Virus record (IMG/VR): IMGVR_UViG_3300029787_005452
Location: 96,001-160,000 of that record
Source: a virus
Direction: 5' to 3' (one strand)
Length of the DNA: 64,000 nucleotides
Shown: positions 27,082-37,322 of the stretch, in pieces
Numbering within the stretch: position 1 is the first letter of the stretch
Layout: every line of letters begins with the position of its first letter
Notes under the pieces: model-generated
Databases searched by the model: none
Told to the model about the DNA's origin: nothing
Seen by the model: only the letters and a program-made list of their open reading frames with translations
Translations under genes and position numbers: made by a program

Positions 27082-28767
27082 ATGCCTAAAGATAAACAAA
27101 ATTATATGAACAACCCAAATCTCCCTACAACTGGGGCTGAATTTGAATATACTCCAGCAATGGTAAAAGAGTTAAAAAAATGTGAAAAAAATATTTTACA
27201 TTTTGCTGAAAAGTTTTTTTACATTATATCATTAGATGAAGGTAAGAAGACTATCAACTTACATTATTGTCAAAAAAGAGCTTTACGTAAAATGAGAGAT
27301 AATAGATTTTTTATATTATTAGCTTCTAGACAGATTGGTAAGACCACAATGATGACGATATATGCTTTATGGGTTGCATGCTTTAATAATGACCAGCGCA
27401 TACTTATTGTAGCTAATAAGGAAGGTACTGCTTTAGAAATAATGAGTAGAATTAGACTAGCATATGAAGAATTACCAAATTGGTTGAAACCCGGTGTAAA
27501 AGAATATGGTAAAACATCTATTGTATTAGCTAACGGTACGAGAATAGGTATATCTACTACTACCGGTACAGCTGCTCGTGGTCAATCAGTTAACTGTTTA
27601 ATACTTGATGAGTTGGCGTTTATTGAACCTCATTTAGTGGAAGATTTCTGGAAATCAGTATACCCTATTGTTTCATCGTCTAAAAAATCAAAAATCTTTA
27701 TAGCATCTACCGCTAATGGTACTGATAACCTATTTTATAAATTATATTCAGGCGCTGAATCAGATGAAAACGGGTGGGCTTCAGATAAAATTTTATGGAA
27801 TGAAATACCTGGTAGAAATGAAAGATGGAAGCAAGAAACTATTAATAGCATTGGTAGTTTTGAAGCTTTTCAGCAAGAATTTAACTGTGAATTTATTTCT
27901 AATAGTGAAAGTTCATTGGATGATGAGCTTTTTCAAAAATTAAAGAGTAAAACCAATGAACCGGCATTTGTATTTGATGACGGTAAATATCTTTTATGGG
28001 ATGAACCTAAAGAAGATAGAATATATGTAGTAAGTGTAGATACTAGTGAGGGTCTAGGTAAAGATGCTTCAGTTGTACAAGTTTTAGATTATACTGATCT
28101 TACCCATATTAATCAAGTTGCAGTTTATCATAATAATGAAATATCTCCATATAATTTTACTGAAAAGGTTTATGAAATATTGCAACATTGGGGTAACCCT
28201 TTAGTTTGCGTTGAAAGAAATAATAGTGGTGGTCAAATAGTTGATATTTTAAAAAATACCCATGATTATGAAAATATAGTTTCATGGGGCGGTGCAATAG
28301 CAAATAGAAAAAAACAACAATTAGGTATAATATCTCATACTAATACTAAATATAAAGCAGTAACTAACATGAGGTATTGGATAAATGAGCTTGAGTCAGT
28401 TCAAATAAATGATTCAAGGACTATTAAAGAATTAAAAAACTATGTAAAGGCACCAAACGGTACATGGAATGCAAAGAAAGGTTATCATGATGATTTAGTC
28501 ACCTCTCTCATGTGGAACCTTATTATATTATTAGATGATATAGTTGAACAGTATTTTGAAGTAATAAAAAGAGACACAAATAATAGACCATTAGAGTTGC
28601 AACAAATGGATTTTGGTATTAAATATTTTATGAACCCGACTTCTATTTATACAAATGAAAAATCAGGTTCACCCAATACATTACCAGTTATTATAGGCAA
28701 CGCTTCAAATACAGATAGTGAAATAGATTATTTACAAAATCAAGGTTTTAAAATATGGCAGCAATAA
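27082..28767 (+). CDS. gp17: Terminase large subunit
   Basis: Walker A LASRQIGKTT, ARGQSVN, Walker B LILDELAF, ASTANG, FQQEFNCEF, nuclease VSVDTSEG, YHDDLV. Confidence 0.96.
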   Translation: MPKDKQNYMNNPNLPTTGAEFEYTPAMVKELKKCEKNILHFAEKFFYIISLDEGKKTINLHYCQKRALRKMRDNRFFILLASRQIGKTTMMTIYALWVACFNNDQRILIVANKEGTALEIMSRIRLAYEELPNWLKPGVKEYGKTSIVLANGTRIGISTTTGTAARGQSVNCLILDELAFIEPHLVEDFWKSVYPIVSSSKKSKIFIASTANGTDNLFYKLYSGAESDENGWASDKILWNEIPGRNERWKQETINSIGSFEAFQQEFNCEFISNSESSLDDELFQKLKSKTNEPAFVFDDGKYLLWDEPKEDRIYVVSVDTSEGLGKDASVVQVLDYTDLTHINQVAVYHNNEISPYNFTEKVYEILQHWGNPLVCVERNNSGGQIVDILKNTHDYENIVSWGGAIANRKKQQLGIISHTNTKYKAVTNMRYWINELESVQINDSRTIKELKNYVKAPNGTWNAKKGYHDDLVTSLMWNLIILLDDIVEQYFEVIKRDTNNRPLELQQMDFGIKYFMNPTSIYTNEKSGSPNTLPVIIGNASNTDSEIDYLQNQGFKIWQQ

Positions 28768-29369
28768 ATCAATCACAGTTTAATAAAAGTAGATTAGATA
28801 AGTTTTTACTTATATTAAATTTACCCCCTGTTCTTAAAGACATAAGTAAAAAAGATCTTGGAAGTAGAGATAATAAAGTTGTTATAGAAAATAGCTTACA
28901 ATTTTCAGTATACGGTGCTGTTGTACCATCTGTTCAAGTACCTGCTGAAGATCTTTTCTACGGGGGACAATCACTTAAAGTATCTAAACATACTAGACCG
29001 GTTTATGAAAACGTAACGGTAAATTTTACTGTAGATAATGAATTTAATAATTATTGGGTATTATATAAATGGTTAGATTTACTTAATGATGAAGAATTAT
29101 CTAAATTTAACGGTAAAGATGTAGCTAATACAGTTAAAATGGAGCCAGTAAATAATAGAAATGGTAAAAGTTTAAGTCCGCAATCATTATATCAAGCTGA
29201 TATAACTTTATTAGCATTAGACGAGTTTGATAAAAGTAAAGTAAAATTCATTTATACGAAAGCTTTTCCTATTAGTTTAGGAGGGCTTAATTTTAATTAT
29301 AGGACCGCAGGTGAAATTGAAACTACCTTTGAATTTGCGTTTTCTCAATTAAAAGTTGAACTGCTTTAG
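28755..29369 (+). CDS. gp3: Tail tube terminator / completion protein (gp3-like)
   Basis: Tube-fold motif YENVTVNFTVDNEFNNYWVLYKWL; AFPISLGGLNF. Confidence 0.65.
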   Translation: MAAINQSQFNKSRLDKFLLILNLPPVLKDISKKDLGSRDNKVVIENSLQFSVYGAVVPSVQVPAEDLFYGGQSLKVSKHTRPVYENVTVNFTVDNEFNNYWVLYKWLDLLNDEELSKFNGKDVANTVKMEPVNNRNGKSLSPQSLYQADITLLALDEFDKSKVKFIYTKAFPISLGGLNFNYRTAGEIETTFEFAFSQLKVELL

Positions 29370-29413
29370 TCTATATTTATAATTTCATTTAAAAAAAATA
29401 GCATTAAAACCAT

Positions 29414-29419
29414 TAAATA
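29414..29419 (+). promoter_or_regulatory. T4-like late promoter (sheath)
   Basis: TAAATA-N5-ATG(29425). Confidence 0.75.
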
Positions 29420-29424
29420 ATTGT

Positions 29425-31824
29425 ATGCGTACGATACAATCTCCAGGGGTAGAAATAAAAGAAGTCGATTTAAGTTTGAGACCTGTTTTTCCAACAGGTA
29501 CAAACATTATGGTTGCTGGTTATTCTGATAAAGGTCCAACAGACGAAGTTATTCAAGTAACAAGTCAGAGTGAATTTGAACAGATTTATGGGGTTCCATC
29601 TACTCCAGCAGAAAGATATTTTTACCATACGGTAAGACCATTATTTCAATCTCCAGCTAACATTTTAACGTATAGATTACCATATGGTTCAGAATCCGGT
29701 AACGGTTTTGGTAACGATTACGGGGTTTTAGCCTATCCAGTAAGTGCTATTAATATTGGTAATACAATAACAGAAGGAGATGACATTCCATATGGTGGGG
29801 GCCTTAGAACATTGAATCAATCACCATCAGGGGTAATGTATACACTTGGTAGACCAAAACATTTCTCCTTAACACAAAAGCAATATAATCAGATTTTACA
29901 AAAAGATGGTTTTGATTTTAGTAATATCGGTACCAAAGCAGAAGAATTATCTTCATTTGAAACTTTAGGTAAAGCAGGTTTATTAGTCCTTAATAAAGGA
30001 CAAACTACAATTGATGAAAAATTCCAAGGTTTTTATATCGGGGCAGTTGATAACACTAATCTTAACCCAGCAACAGACTTTGACGGTATTTTAAATACAA
30101 AAACAATTGGGCAATCAGCTGAAGTTACGACAAATTACCTCTCGTTACCATCAACTAGATTAGACTTTACTCTATCGTCAATATCTGACAATAATACAAG
30201 TACTTTTGGTCAAGAAGATGATAGTGTTTCAGAAATAATGGAAAATCTTAGTAAATTTGATATTGCTACTAATGATTTTGATGATACAGTTTCGTTAGGG
30301 TTATTTAAACTAAGACAATCACCATTCTCACCTGATACAATTAAATTAAATTATGTATTAAGTGAATCTTATGTTGGTTCATTTGATAGCTTTAGACAAA
30401 TTAATACATCTGATGGTGGTGCCCCGGTAAGCTTTTATTTGGATACAAAAGAAAATGATTCACCAAATGTGCAGATCTTAACTAATAAGTATGTATCACA
30501 TGCAGAAGATGGTGGTACTTGGTTAGATATTAATGGTAAACCTTCTAATAAAGTAAGATTTACATCAACCAAATTTGCAACAGATACAAGTAGTATTAAG
30601 AATATAGAGACGTTATCAGCTTCATACGGGGCAACAACATTAGCTCAGGCAGCAGCGTTATCAGCTTCGTTGTTTCAAACAACGAATCAGCTTGGTGCCG
30701 CAGATAGTTTATTCCCACTAGGTTCATATGCAAGTCAAGATTCTAAAACCAAGGATCTTGGTAGTATACCTGCAAAACTTGATAGATTATTCGATACAGT
30801 CGAAAATATTGACTTATTTGATATCGACTTAACCTTAGATGGTGGTATTAGTACTATTAATGCAGTTTCTGAATTCTTAGAAAGAACAGGTCAAGGTAAG
30901 TATTTTGATGATACAGCACCGATTTCAGCTTTCGACGGTTTCTATACATCAGACATTGTTAATAATTTAACAACTGAAGCAAAAGCATTCAGAAGTGATT
31001 GGAAAACAATCTTTGATAGGTTTGCAGAATTTGCAGAGAAACGTAGAAAAGATCATATGTTTGTAGCGGACTTACCGAAACCAATTTTTATACAAGGTAA
31101 GAGTTTCTTAACATTAGATGATCCTAATAAAAACTTCTCACTCAATGTGCTTAAGCCAATCCAAGCTCATACTAGTATTGTTAATACAAGTTATGCAGCA
31201 ACTTATGCGCAGTGGGCACAAGTTTATGATTCATATTTAGATGATCAATGTTATGTACCGTTTTCAGGGTTTGCCGGTGCAGCAATGGCTAATACAGATG
31301 CTAATTTCCAACCTTGGTTTGCACCAGCTGGATTTACTAGAGGGGTTGTAACTGGTGTTAACGATCTTGCATTATATCCTAAGCAGAAGCAAAGAGATCA
31401 ACTTTATAAGATATCGACTAACCCAGTAGCATTCTTCCCAGGAGAAGGATTTGTAATATTTGGTCAGAAAACGTTACTCAAGAAACCAAGTGCATTTGAT
31501 AGAATTAATGTAAGACGTTTATTCTTAAATCTAGAAAAAGCTACTAGACAAACAGTTAAGTATTTTGTTTTTGAACCTAATACATTATTAACTCGTACGA
31601 GAGTGTTAAATACATTAACACCTATTTTTGATAATGCTAAAAATACTGAAGGGGTTTACGATTTCTTAGTAGTTTGTGATGAAAGAAATAATACACCAAC
31701 AGTAATTGATCAGAACGAGCTTATTGTTGATATATATCTCAAACCAGTAAGAGCTGCAGAATTTATTTTAGTTAATTTCTACGCAACCAAGACTGGAGCT
31801 GATTTCAATGAATTGGTTGGTTAA
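29425..31824 (+). CDS. gp18: Contractile tail sheath protein
   Basis: SPGVEIKEVDLS, KGPTDE, PWFAPAGFTRG, SAFDRINVRRLF, FVFEPN, VCDERNNTP, YLKPVRAAEFI. Confidence 0.96.
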   Translation: MRTIQSPGVEIKEVDLSLRPVFPTGTNIMVAGYSDKGPTDEVIQVTSQSEFEQIYGVPSTPAERYFYHTVRPLFQSPANILTYRLPYGSESGNGFGNDYGVLAYPVSAINIGNTITEGDDIPYGGGLRTLNQSPSGVMYTLGRPKHFSLTQKQYNQILQKDGFDFSNIGTKAEELSSFETLGKAGLLVLNKGQTTIDEKFQGFYIGAVDNTNLNPATDFDGILNTKTIGQSAEVTTNYLSLPSTRLDFTLSSISDNNTSTFGQEDDSVSEIMENLSKFDIATNDFDDTVSLGLFKLRQSPFSPDTIKLNYVLSESYVGSFDSFRQINTSDGGAPVSFYLDTKENDSPNVQILTNKYVSHAEDGGTWLDINGKPSNKVRFTSTKFATDTSSIKNIETLSASYGATTLAQAAALSASLFQTTNQLGAADSLFPLGSYASQDSKTKDLGSIPAKLDRLFDTVENIDLFDIDLTLDGGISTINAVSEFLERTGQGKYFDDTAPISAFDGFYTSDIVNNLTTEAKAFRSDWKTIFDRFAEFAEKRRKDHMFVADLPKPIFIQGKSFLTLDDPNKNFSLNVLKPIQAHTSIVNTSYAATYAQWAQVYDSYLDDQCYVPFSGFAGAAMANTDANFQPWFAPAGFTRGVVTGVNDLALYPKQKQRDQLYKISTNPVAFFPGEGFVIFGQKTLLKKPSAFDRINVRRLFLNLEKATRQTVKYFVFEPNTLLTRTRVLNTLTPIFDNAKNTEGVYDFLVVCDERNNTPTVIDQNELIVDIYLKPVRAAEFILVNFYATKTGADFNELVG

Positions 31825-31849
31825 ACATTTATAGTTCATAAATATTATT

Positions 31850-32470
31850 ATGCCAGATACTAAATTAACAGATTTAGAGATAGTAACTCAACCTAAGGAT
31901 GGAGACATATTATATATTGTCGATATTAATCAAGATGCGTCTAAACAAATAACCTATAATAACCTAGTAGGTACTAAAATAGATTCTTTAAGTGCATCAT
32001 TTGATACTCTTAATGTAAATTTGACTGCAGATATAGGTTCTAATACCACTAACATTACAACTGCTCAGAATGATATACTTGAAAATTCAACTGATATAAA
32101 TACACTTAGTTCTGATACTTTAACTTTATCAGCTGATGTAGCTAATCTTAGCGCTAATGTCTTTACAAAAGACCCAACTATTAGTGGTGTAGATAATGGT
32201 AATACTTTTAGCTTTGGTACTGCAATGACAATTAATTCTGCTGCACCTGTAACACAGCATGTTACTACATTTAATACACAAATAGGAGATGTTGGCGTGG
32301 TAGGTTTAAGTGCTGAAGGAGGTTTAAGTGGCTTAGAAACCAATTTTTATCCAATGAGTGCTAATAAATGTGAACTAATTATAAGTACAAGAGTAAACGA
32401 TGATAGAACTATTACAATTCCAGCAAATACAGTATTTACATATTTTCTAGTTAGATCTGTTATTCAATAA
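31850..32470 (+). CDS. Late structural protein, short fibre/decoration-like
   Basis: TAAATA(31839-31844)-N5-ATG; N-terminal TKLTDL..V..PKDGDILYIVD docking motif; short coiled coil. Confidence 0.6.
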   Translation: MPDTKLTDLEIVTQPKDGDILYIVDINQDASKQITYNNLVGTKIDSLSASFDTLNVNLTADIGSNTTNITTAQNDILENSTDINTLSSDTLTLSADVANLSANVFTKDPTISGVDNGNTFSFGTAMTINSAAPVTQHVTTFNTQIGDVGVVGLSAEGGLSGLETNFYPMSANKCELIISTRVNDDRTITIPANTVFTYFLVRSVIQ

Positions 32471-32492
32471 ACTATAAAGATTAAATAATTAT

Positions 32493-33038
32493 ATGGCAGA
32501 CACAACACAAACAATTCAAGGTTTTTATACACAAGCACAAGCTAAGGATTTTGCTAGAAATAATCTATTTAGAGTCTTAAATATCAATTTTGGAGGTGGT
32601 ACTGAAGTATCATTTGATGAATCAGATTTAGTTTATGCTACAACAGCTACATTACCAGGTAAAACAATTGGTAATGTAGCAGTACCTTACATGGGTTTAA
32701 ATTTTAATGTACCTGGTACAGTTACATATGATGGTAGCGACGCTTATACATTACAGTTTCGATCTGATGAATCTCATAACTTAAGAGAAAAATTCTTACA
32801 AGTTCAAGCAGATACTTTTGACGATGAAGATAGTACAGGTAACTATTTTATGCCAACAGCTGATGCGGTTATTGATTTAGTTCTTTTAAATAAGGAATTA
32901 GATAGAGTAGCGCAATATCAATTAGTAGGTTGTTCTATTCGGAATGTAGGTCCTCAATCATATGATTCTACTGGTGCAGGTGATGTCGTAACATTTGATA
33001 CAACAGTTGCTTACCATTACTTCAGAAAGACAGCATAA
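32493..33038 (+). CDS. gp19: Tail tube protein
   Basis: TAAATA(32482-32487)-N5-ATG; ATLPGKTIG..VPYMG..F.VPG..TY, followed by a strong terminator. Confidence 0.8.
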   Translation: MADTTQTIQGFYTQAQAKDFARNNLFRVLNINFGGGTEVSFDESDLVYATTATLPGKTIGNVAVPYMGLNFNVPGTVTYDGSDAYTLQFRSDESHNLREKFLQVQADTFDDEDSTGNYFMPTADAVIDLVLLNKELDRVAQYQLVGCSIRNVGPQSYDSTGAGDVVTFDTTVAYHYFRKTA

Positions 33039-33061
33039 CACATATAAAAACATCTAAATCT

Positions 33062-33087
33062 AAAAGCTCTCTTTGAGAGCTTTTTTT
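33062..33087 (+). terminator. Rho-independent terminator after tail tube gene
   Basis: AAAAGCTCTC-ttt-GAGAGC followed by T7. Confidence 0.88.
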
Positions 33088-33103
33088 ATGCATAAATATT
33101 ATT

Positions 33104-33955
33104 ATGCCAGGTATTTTAAATTCTATAAACAATGCTGTTCAAAGTATTGGTAATAAAGCAAATAGTCTTATAGGTGGCTCATTAGCTCAACCTGGTTTAA
33201 GTTTATTTGGTACTAATTTACCATTCACACCTTTAATTAGCTTTAGAGATAGATTTTTAAATAGTTTAGATCAGTGGAATACATCTATACCTTTAAACAC
33301 TCAGTTTATTGTTTTAATAGATAATTTTCCATTAGGTTTAACTACTAACGTTTTACAAAATTTAGAACCAATTGTACAACGCACTGGTTTTGATATAAAT
33401 TTACCCAAAGCAACTTTAACTAATTATAAAAATCAAGCTATAGTAGGTTGTATTTTTACTAATGGGTTTAATATAGGTGATGATAGTTTAGAAGCAGATT
33501 CAGCTAAAATTGAAAATAATAGGGGATTCATACAAGGAACTATATTAAAAAATAGGTCAGATTTCGCGTCAAATAAATTTACCCTTAGCCTTAGGGAAAC
33601 TAACTCATCATTTGTAGATTTTGTAATAAGGCCTTGGGTTATAATGGCATCTCATTTTGGTATGGTAGCTAGAGATAAATCTAATCCTGCAGAGTTATTA
33701 AAAGACCCTAAAGTTAATTTAACAGTGGTCCAATATACAAGAAGTGATAAAGGTCTGTCACAGATACCAAGAAAAACTTGGAGATTTTATAACTGCGTAC
33801 CTACATCAGTAAGTACAAGAGATTATCAATATGGTGAAGCAGAAGACGTAAAAAACTTTGATACAACATGGGTATACGATAGATATGAAATTAGTAGTAA
33901 CTTATATATGAATGTAGGTGAGCTTATTAAAGCTATTAATCCGTTCCCTTTCTAA
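33104..33955 (+). CDS. Tube-fold baseplate protein (gp54-like)
   Basis: TAAATA(33093-33098)-N5-ATG; FTLSLRETN.SFVDFVIRPW, WRFYNCVPTSV. Confidence 0.55.
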   Translation: MPGILNSINNAVQSIGNKANSLIGGSLAQPGLSLFGTNLPFTPLISFRDRFLNSLDQWNTSIPLNTQFIVLIDNFPLGLTTNVLQNLEPIVQRTGFDINLPKATLTNYKNQAIVGCIFTNGFNIGDDSLEADSAKIENNRGFIQGTILKNRSDFASNKFTLSLRETNSSFVDFVIRPWVIMASHFGMVARDKSNPAELLKDPKVNLTVVQYTRSDKGLSQIPRKTWRFYNCVPTSVSTRDYQYGEAEDVKNFDTTWVYDRYEISSNLYMNVGELIKAINPFPF

Positions 33956-33956
33956 A

Positions 33957-34712
33957 ATGAATCAATATTTCTATGAAAGTTATGAAATAACAGAGTTAAG
34001 TTATTTTGAATATAAAAATTTGGTAAAGAATCTTTTCACCGATGACCCATGGGTATTAAATCAAGTTTTTAATAATACTATTAATAATTCAGTTAAAGGT
34101 AATAAAGAAATAGATATTTTTGATAAAGTAAAAATACTTTTATTTTTAAGATCGTTAACTTTAGGGGAAGATTTTGATATAACTTTTAAAGAAAAAAATT
34201 ATAAAATGAATATTAATTCAATTGTGAATAATATATCGATTAACAGTAACGAAATAGTTTCAGATAGGGTAACTTTTAAAAAATCAAATAGTTTTTATGT
34301 TGAAAATTTATTAAATGAAGTAATTATATCAATTGAAAAAATAGTTTTGGATAACGGTGAAATAAATTTTTCTAAATTAACTAACGAACAAAAAAATATT
34401 ATATTTAACGAAATTTCAGATTCTAACATATCTCATATAGTAAATAGTATCGCTGATAATTTAAAACAAGATAATCTTAATTTATTTGATATGAATTTTA
34501 ATTTACATAATGGAGATATTTTATATTTTTTAAAAAATATATTCAAAACTGATTTAAATAGTTTATACGATTTAGAATATACGTTAATAAAAAATTTAAA
34601 TTTGAATACTGTAGATTTTCAAAATTATTCTTTAAGTGAAATGAAAATTTTGTTAAACAAACTAAAAGATGAATATAAAGATAATAAGCAGAGTGGTGTT
34701 CCTGTTAAATAA
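33957..34712 (+). CDS. Baseplate hub assembly protein, gp26/gp51-like (start reassigned from 33918)
   Basis: FDKVKILLFLRSLTLGEDF resembles the gp26 FD...F..R..S.GE motif. Confidence 0.5.
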   Translation: MNQYFYESYEITELSYFEYKNLVKNLFTDDPWVLNQVFNNTINNSVKGNKEIDIFDKVKILLFLRSLTLGEDFDITFKEKNYKMNINSIVNNISINSNEIVSDRVTFKKSNSFYVENLLNEVIISIEKIVLDNGEINFSKLTNEQKNIIFNEISDSNISHIVNSIADNLKQDNLNLFDMNFNLHNGDILYFLKNIFKTDLNSLYDLEYTLIKNLNLNTVDFQNYSLSEMKILLNKLKDEYKDNKQSGVPVK

Positions 34713-34727
34713 ATGTAAATATTTCAA

Positions 34728-35462
34728 ATGGAAAATTTTAATGATATTTTAAATCAAGTAAAAAGTCTCAAAAAAGAGATTACTTTTTATTCACCAATAA
34801 ACGATAAAGAACTAAATATTTACCCTTTAAGTCTTAAGCAACAAAAAGATATATTAGAAAATACCTTTTCAACAACTTTATCATTGTTATATTTTAACAA
34901 TTGCATTTATAATATTATTAAAGAAAATTTTTCTGGAAATATTAAAGATTTAGATACTATTGATAGGGTATCAATTTCATTATCTTTGAGAAATAAGATT
35001 TCAAGTTTATATAAATCAGAAGACGTAGAGGTTAACTTGTCTGATATTATAGAAAAAAATAAAAATAAAGCAACTTTTAAATCTGAAAATGTTACTAGTA
35101 ATGAATTTACTTTTAGACTAAAAAAACCAAATTTAGAATTAGATAATAAAATTAATAATATTGTCTTAAGAAAATATAAAAATGAAAAAATTACTGAAGA
35201 TAATGTGAATAACGTTATTAGTGATTTATACATATATGAATTAGTTAAGTTTATTGATGTATTAGAATTTGGTGAGAATATAATTAAAGTAGAAGAAAAT
35301 ATTAATAATACAGTAAAAATTTTAAATGAAATTGATTCAAATAATTTTAATAAGGTATTTGATTATATTAATAAACTCAGAGAAATAGAAACTTCTCTAA
35401 CTAAAATACCTAATTCAGATGATAGTATTTCTATTACCCCGGACTTCTTTATAGTTCGTTAG
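34728..35462 (+). CDS. gp26: Baseplate hub assembly protein, gp26-like
   Basis: TAAATA(34716-34721)-N6-ATG; FYSPINDKELNIYPLSLKQQKDIL resembles the gp26 N-terminus. Confidence 0.5.
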   Translation: MENFNDILNQVKSLKKEITFYSPINDKELNIYPLSLKQQKDILENTFSTTLSLLYFNNCIYNIIKENFSGNIKDLDTIDRVSISLSLRNKISSLYKSEDVEVNLSDIIEKNKNKATFKSENVTSNEFTFRLKKPNLELDNKINNIVLRKYKNEKITEDNVNNVISDLYIYELVKFIDVLEFGENIIKVEENINNTVKILNEIDSNNFNKVFDYINKLREIETSLTKIPNSDDSISITPDFFIVR

Positions 35463-35480
35463 GGTAATTAAATATTATTG

Positions 35481-37307
35481 ATGAACCCAAAAGTCGACCA
35501 CGCAAAAATATTATCCCTATTATCAGGGGTTTCAGATAAGTTAACGGATAGGGTCCTAGCTTTAGAGGATGCTGTTAGTAATACTATTGGAATGAGTACT
35601 AATAGTATTAAAGCTCAACCTGAAAGTATAGTGGAAAAAGCTGAACCTGTTATTATAGCTGATATAGGTAAAGAAGCTAAAAAAGATTTTAGAGATGTTT
35701 TAACAACCCCGGAATCCAAAGAAGCAGCAGGAGGCGAAGGCGATGGTGGTGTAATGGCTTATGTCAAAAAACTAATAGGTCCTGCATTAATTATTCTTGG
35801 TAGTTTAGGAGCTTTAGTCGGTGGTCTATTTGCTGGAGGTGGTACTGGGATGCAAGACGCTCTCCAAGCTATAGGTAAAGGAGGATTAGCACTTGGGTTA
35901 AAATTAGCAGCAAAAACAGCAGGTACATTGTTAAAACCGGTACTAGGGAAATTACCATTAATAGGTGCATTAATTAGCTTTGGATTTGCTTATTCAGCAT
36001 TTAAAAACGATGATTTTGTTGGGGGTTTATTTGACTTAGCCAGTGGTTTGGCTGGGTTACTTTACTTTGTACCAGGTGGTCAAGCATTTGCATTTCCTTT
36101 ACAAATGGGTATTGACACTTTAAGTGCTATGTTAAGTCTTAGTACAACGCAAGAAGAAGGCGAAACACTGGGACAAGCTAAATTAAGGACATTAAAAGAG
36201 TTTATGGGTCCAATTTTCGGAATAATTAAAAAAGTACAACCTATGAGAATGTTTTTTGCAATAGGGGAAGGTATTCAAGAAATTTTTAAAGGTAATATTG
36301 TTTCAGGTTTAACTAAAATAGCAACTTCAAATCCCATTTTTGATATTATAAATTTATTTAATAATGTATTTTTAGGTGGAGATGGCGGTTCAGTTGATGA
36401 TATGGCATCAGGTATGAGTGATAAAATTAGTTCTACTATCGGAGGAGCTAAAGAATTTATATCTACTTTGATCGAACCTATTAAAGATAAATACCCTATG
36501 AAAAATTTTATAGGTATAGGTGAAGGTATAAGTAAAGTTTTTAAGGGTAATTTTAAAGAAGGTTTAATTCAAATTGGTGAAAACGGTCTGCCTGGATTAA
36601 AAGCTATAGCTAATTTCTTTTTCGGTAGTACTGATGCTGAGACTGGAGAGAAAAAAGATGCTGGTTATAAAAAAGTTTTAGGTACTCTAGGTGGATTTTT
36701 TGGTTCTATTAAAGATAAAATGTTGATGAAACTTTTAAATTTATTTCCTGAGAAATTTGGTATTAGAAATAAAATTGCTGGTTTATTGGGTATAGACTTA
36801 GGTCCAGTTGAAGACGAAAATATGGAAGCTGCTAAAACTGCCGAAACCGAAAGAGCTGAAAATGTGGCTGATATTGAAAGTAATTCAGAACCTGGATCTG
36901 CAGATATAGCTGAAGATATGGCTGCAGAATCAGCAGAAATAGAAAAGAAAGTTAGAACAGGAAGAAGAGGAAGAAGAAGAGGAGGACCAGTAAGAAAAAA
37001 TGAACCATATATGGTAGGAGAAGCCGGGCCTGAATTATTTGTACCTACTAATAATGGAAGTGTAGTTGATAATACTTCAACTGAAAATTTAAAAAATATT
37101 TTAGATAAAAATACATTTGTAGATGTAACAAATATGAATATGAAAATTAGCAATCTTCAATTTGCTGAACTAAAAAAGAATAATATGTTATTGCAAGCTA
37201 TATTAGAAAAATCTAATAGTGGTAATACTGTTATTAATAATAAGAGTAGCAGTGTTGTTAATAATCAAAGTAGATCAGGTTTTAGAGATATGCAATTTGC
37301 TGTTTAA
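35481..37307 (+). CDS. Tape measure protein (gp29 analogue)
   Basis: TAAATA(35469-35474)-N6-ATG; Gly/Ala-rich amphipathic helices, internal repeat, GGPV...YMVGEAGPELFVP motif. Confidence 0.75.
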   Translation: MNPKVDHAKILSLLSGVSDKLTDRVLALEDAVSNTIGMSTNSIKAQPESIVEKAEPVIIADIGKEAKKDFRDVLTTPESKEAAGGEGDGGVMAYVKKLIGPALIILGSLGALVGGLFAGGGTGMQDALQAIGKGGLALGLKLAAKTAGTLLKPVLGKLPLIGALISFGFAYSAFKNDDFVGGLFDLASGLAGLLYFVPGGQAFAFPLQMGIDTLSAMLSLSTTQEEGETLGQAKLRTLKEFMGPIFGIIKKVQPMRMFFAIGEGIQEIFKGNIVSGLTKIATSNPIFDIINLFNNVFLGGDGGSVDDMASGMSDKISSTIGGAKEFISTLIEPIKDKYPMKNFIGIGEGISKVFKGNFKEGLIQIGENGLPGLKAIANFFFGSTDAETGEKKDAGYKKVLGTLGGFFGSIKDKMLMKLLNLFPEKFGIRNKIAGLLGIDLGPVEDENMEAAKTAETERAENVADIESNSEPGSADIAEDMAAESAEIEKKVRTGRRGRRRGGPVRKNEPYMVGEAGPELFVPTNNGSVVDNTSTENLKNILDKNTFVDVTNMNMKISNLQFAELKKNNMLLQAILEKSNSGNTVINNKSSSVVNNQSRSGFRDMQFAV

Positions 37308-37322
37308 TACTAAATATTATAA

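Noticed and set aside
1182-28767. Inteins, introns or homing endonucleases in gp43, gp41, UvsX or gp17
   Set aside because: Proteins have normal lengths and contiguous motifs; no HNH, GIY-YIG or LAGLIDADG ORF recognised
36958-36990. Purine-rich run resembling Shine-Dalgarno or a microsatellite
   Set aside because: Encodes GRRGRRRGG inside the tape measure gene; not positioned before a start
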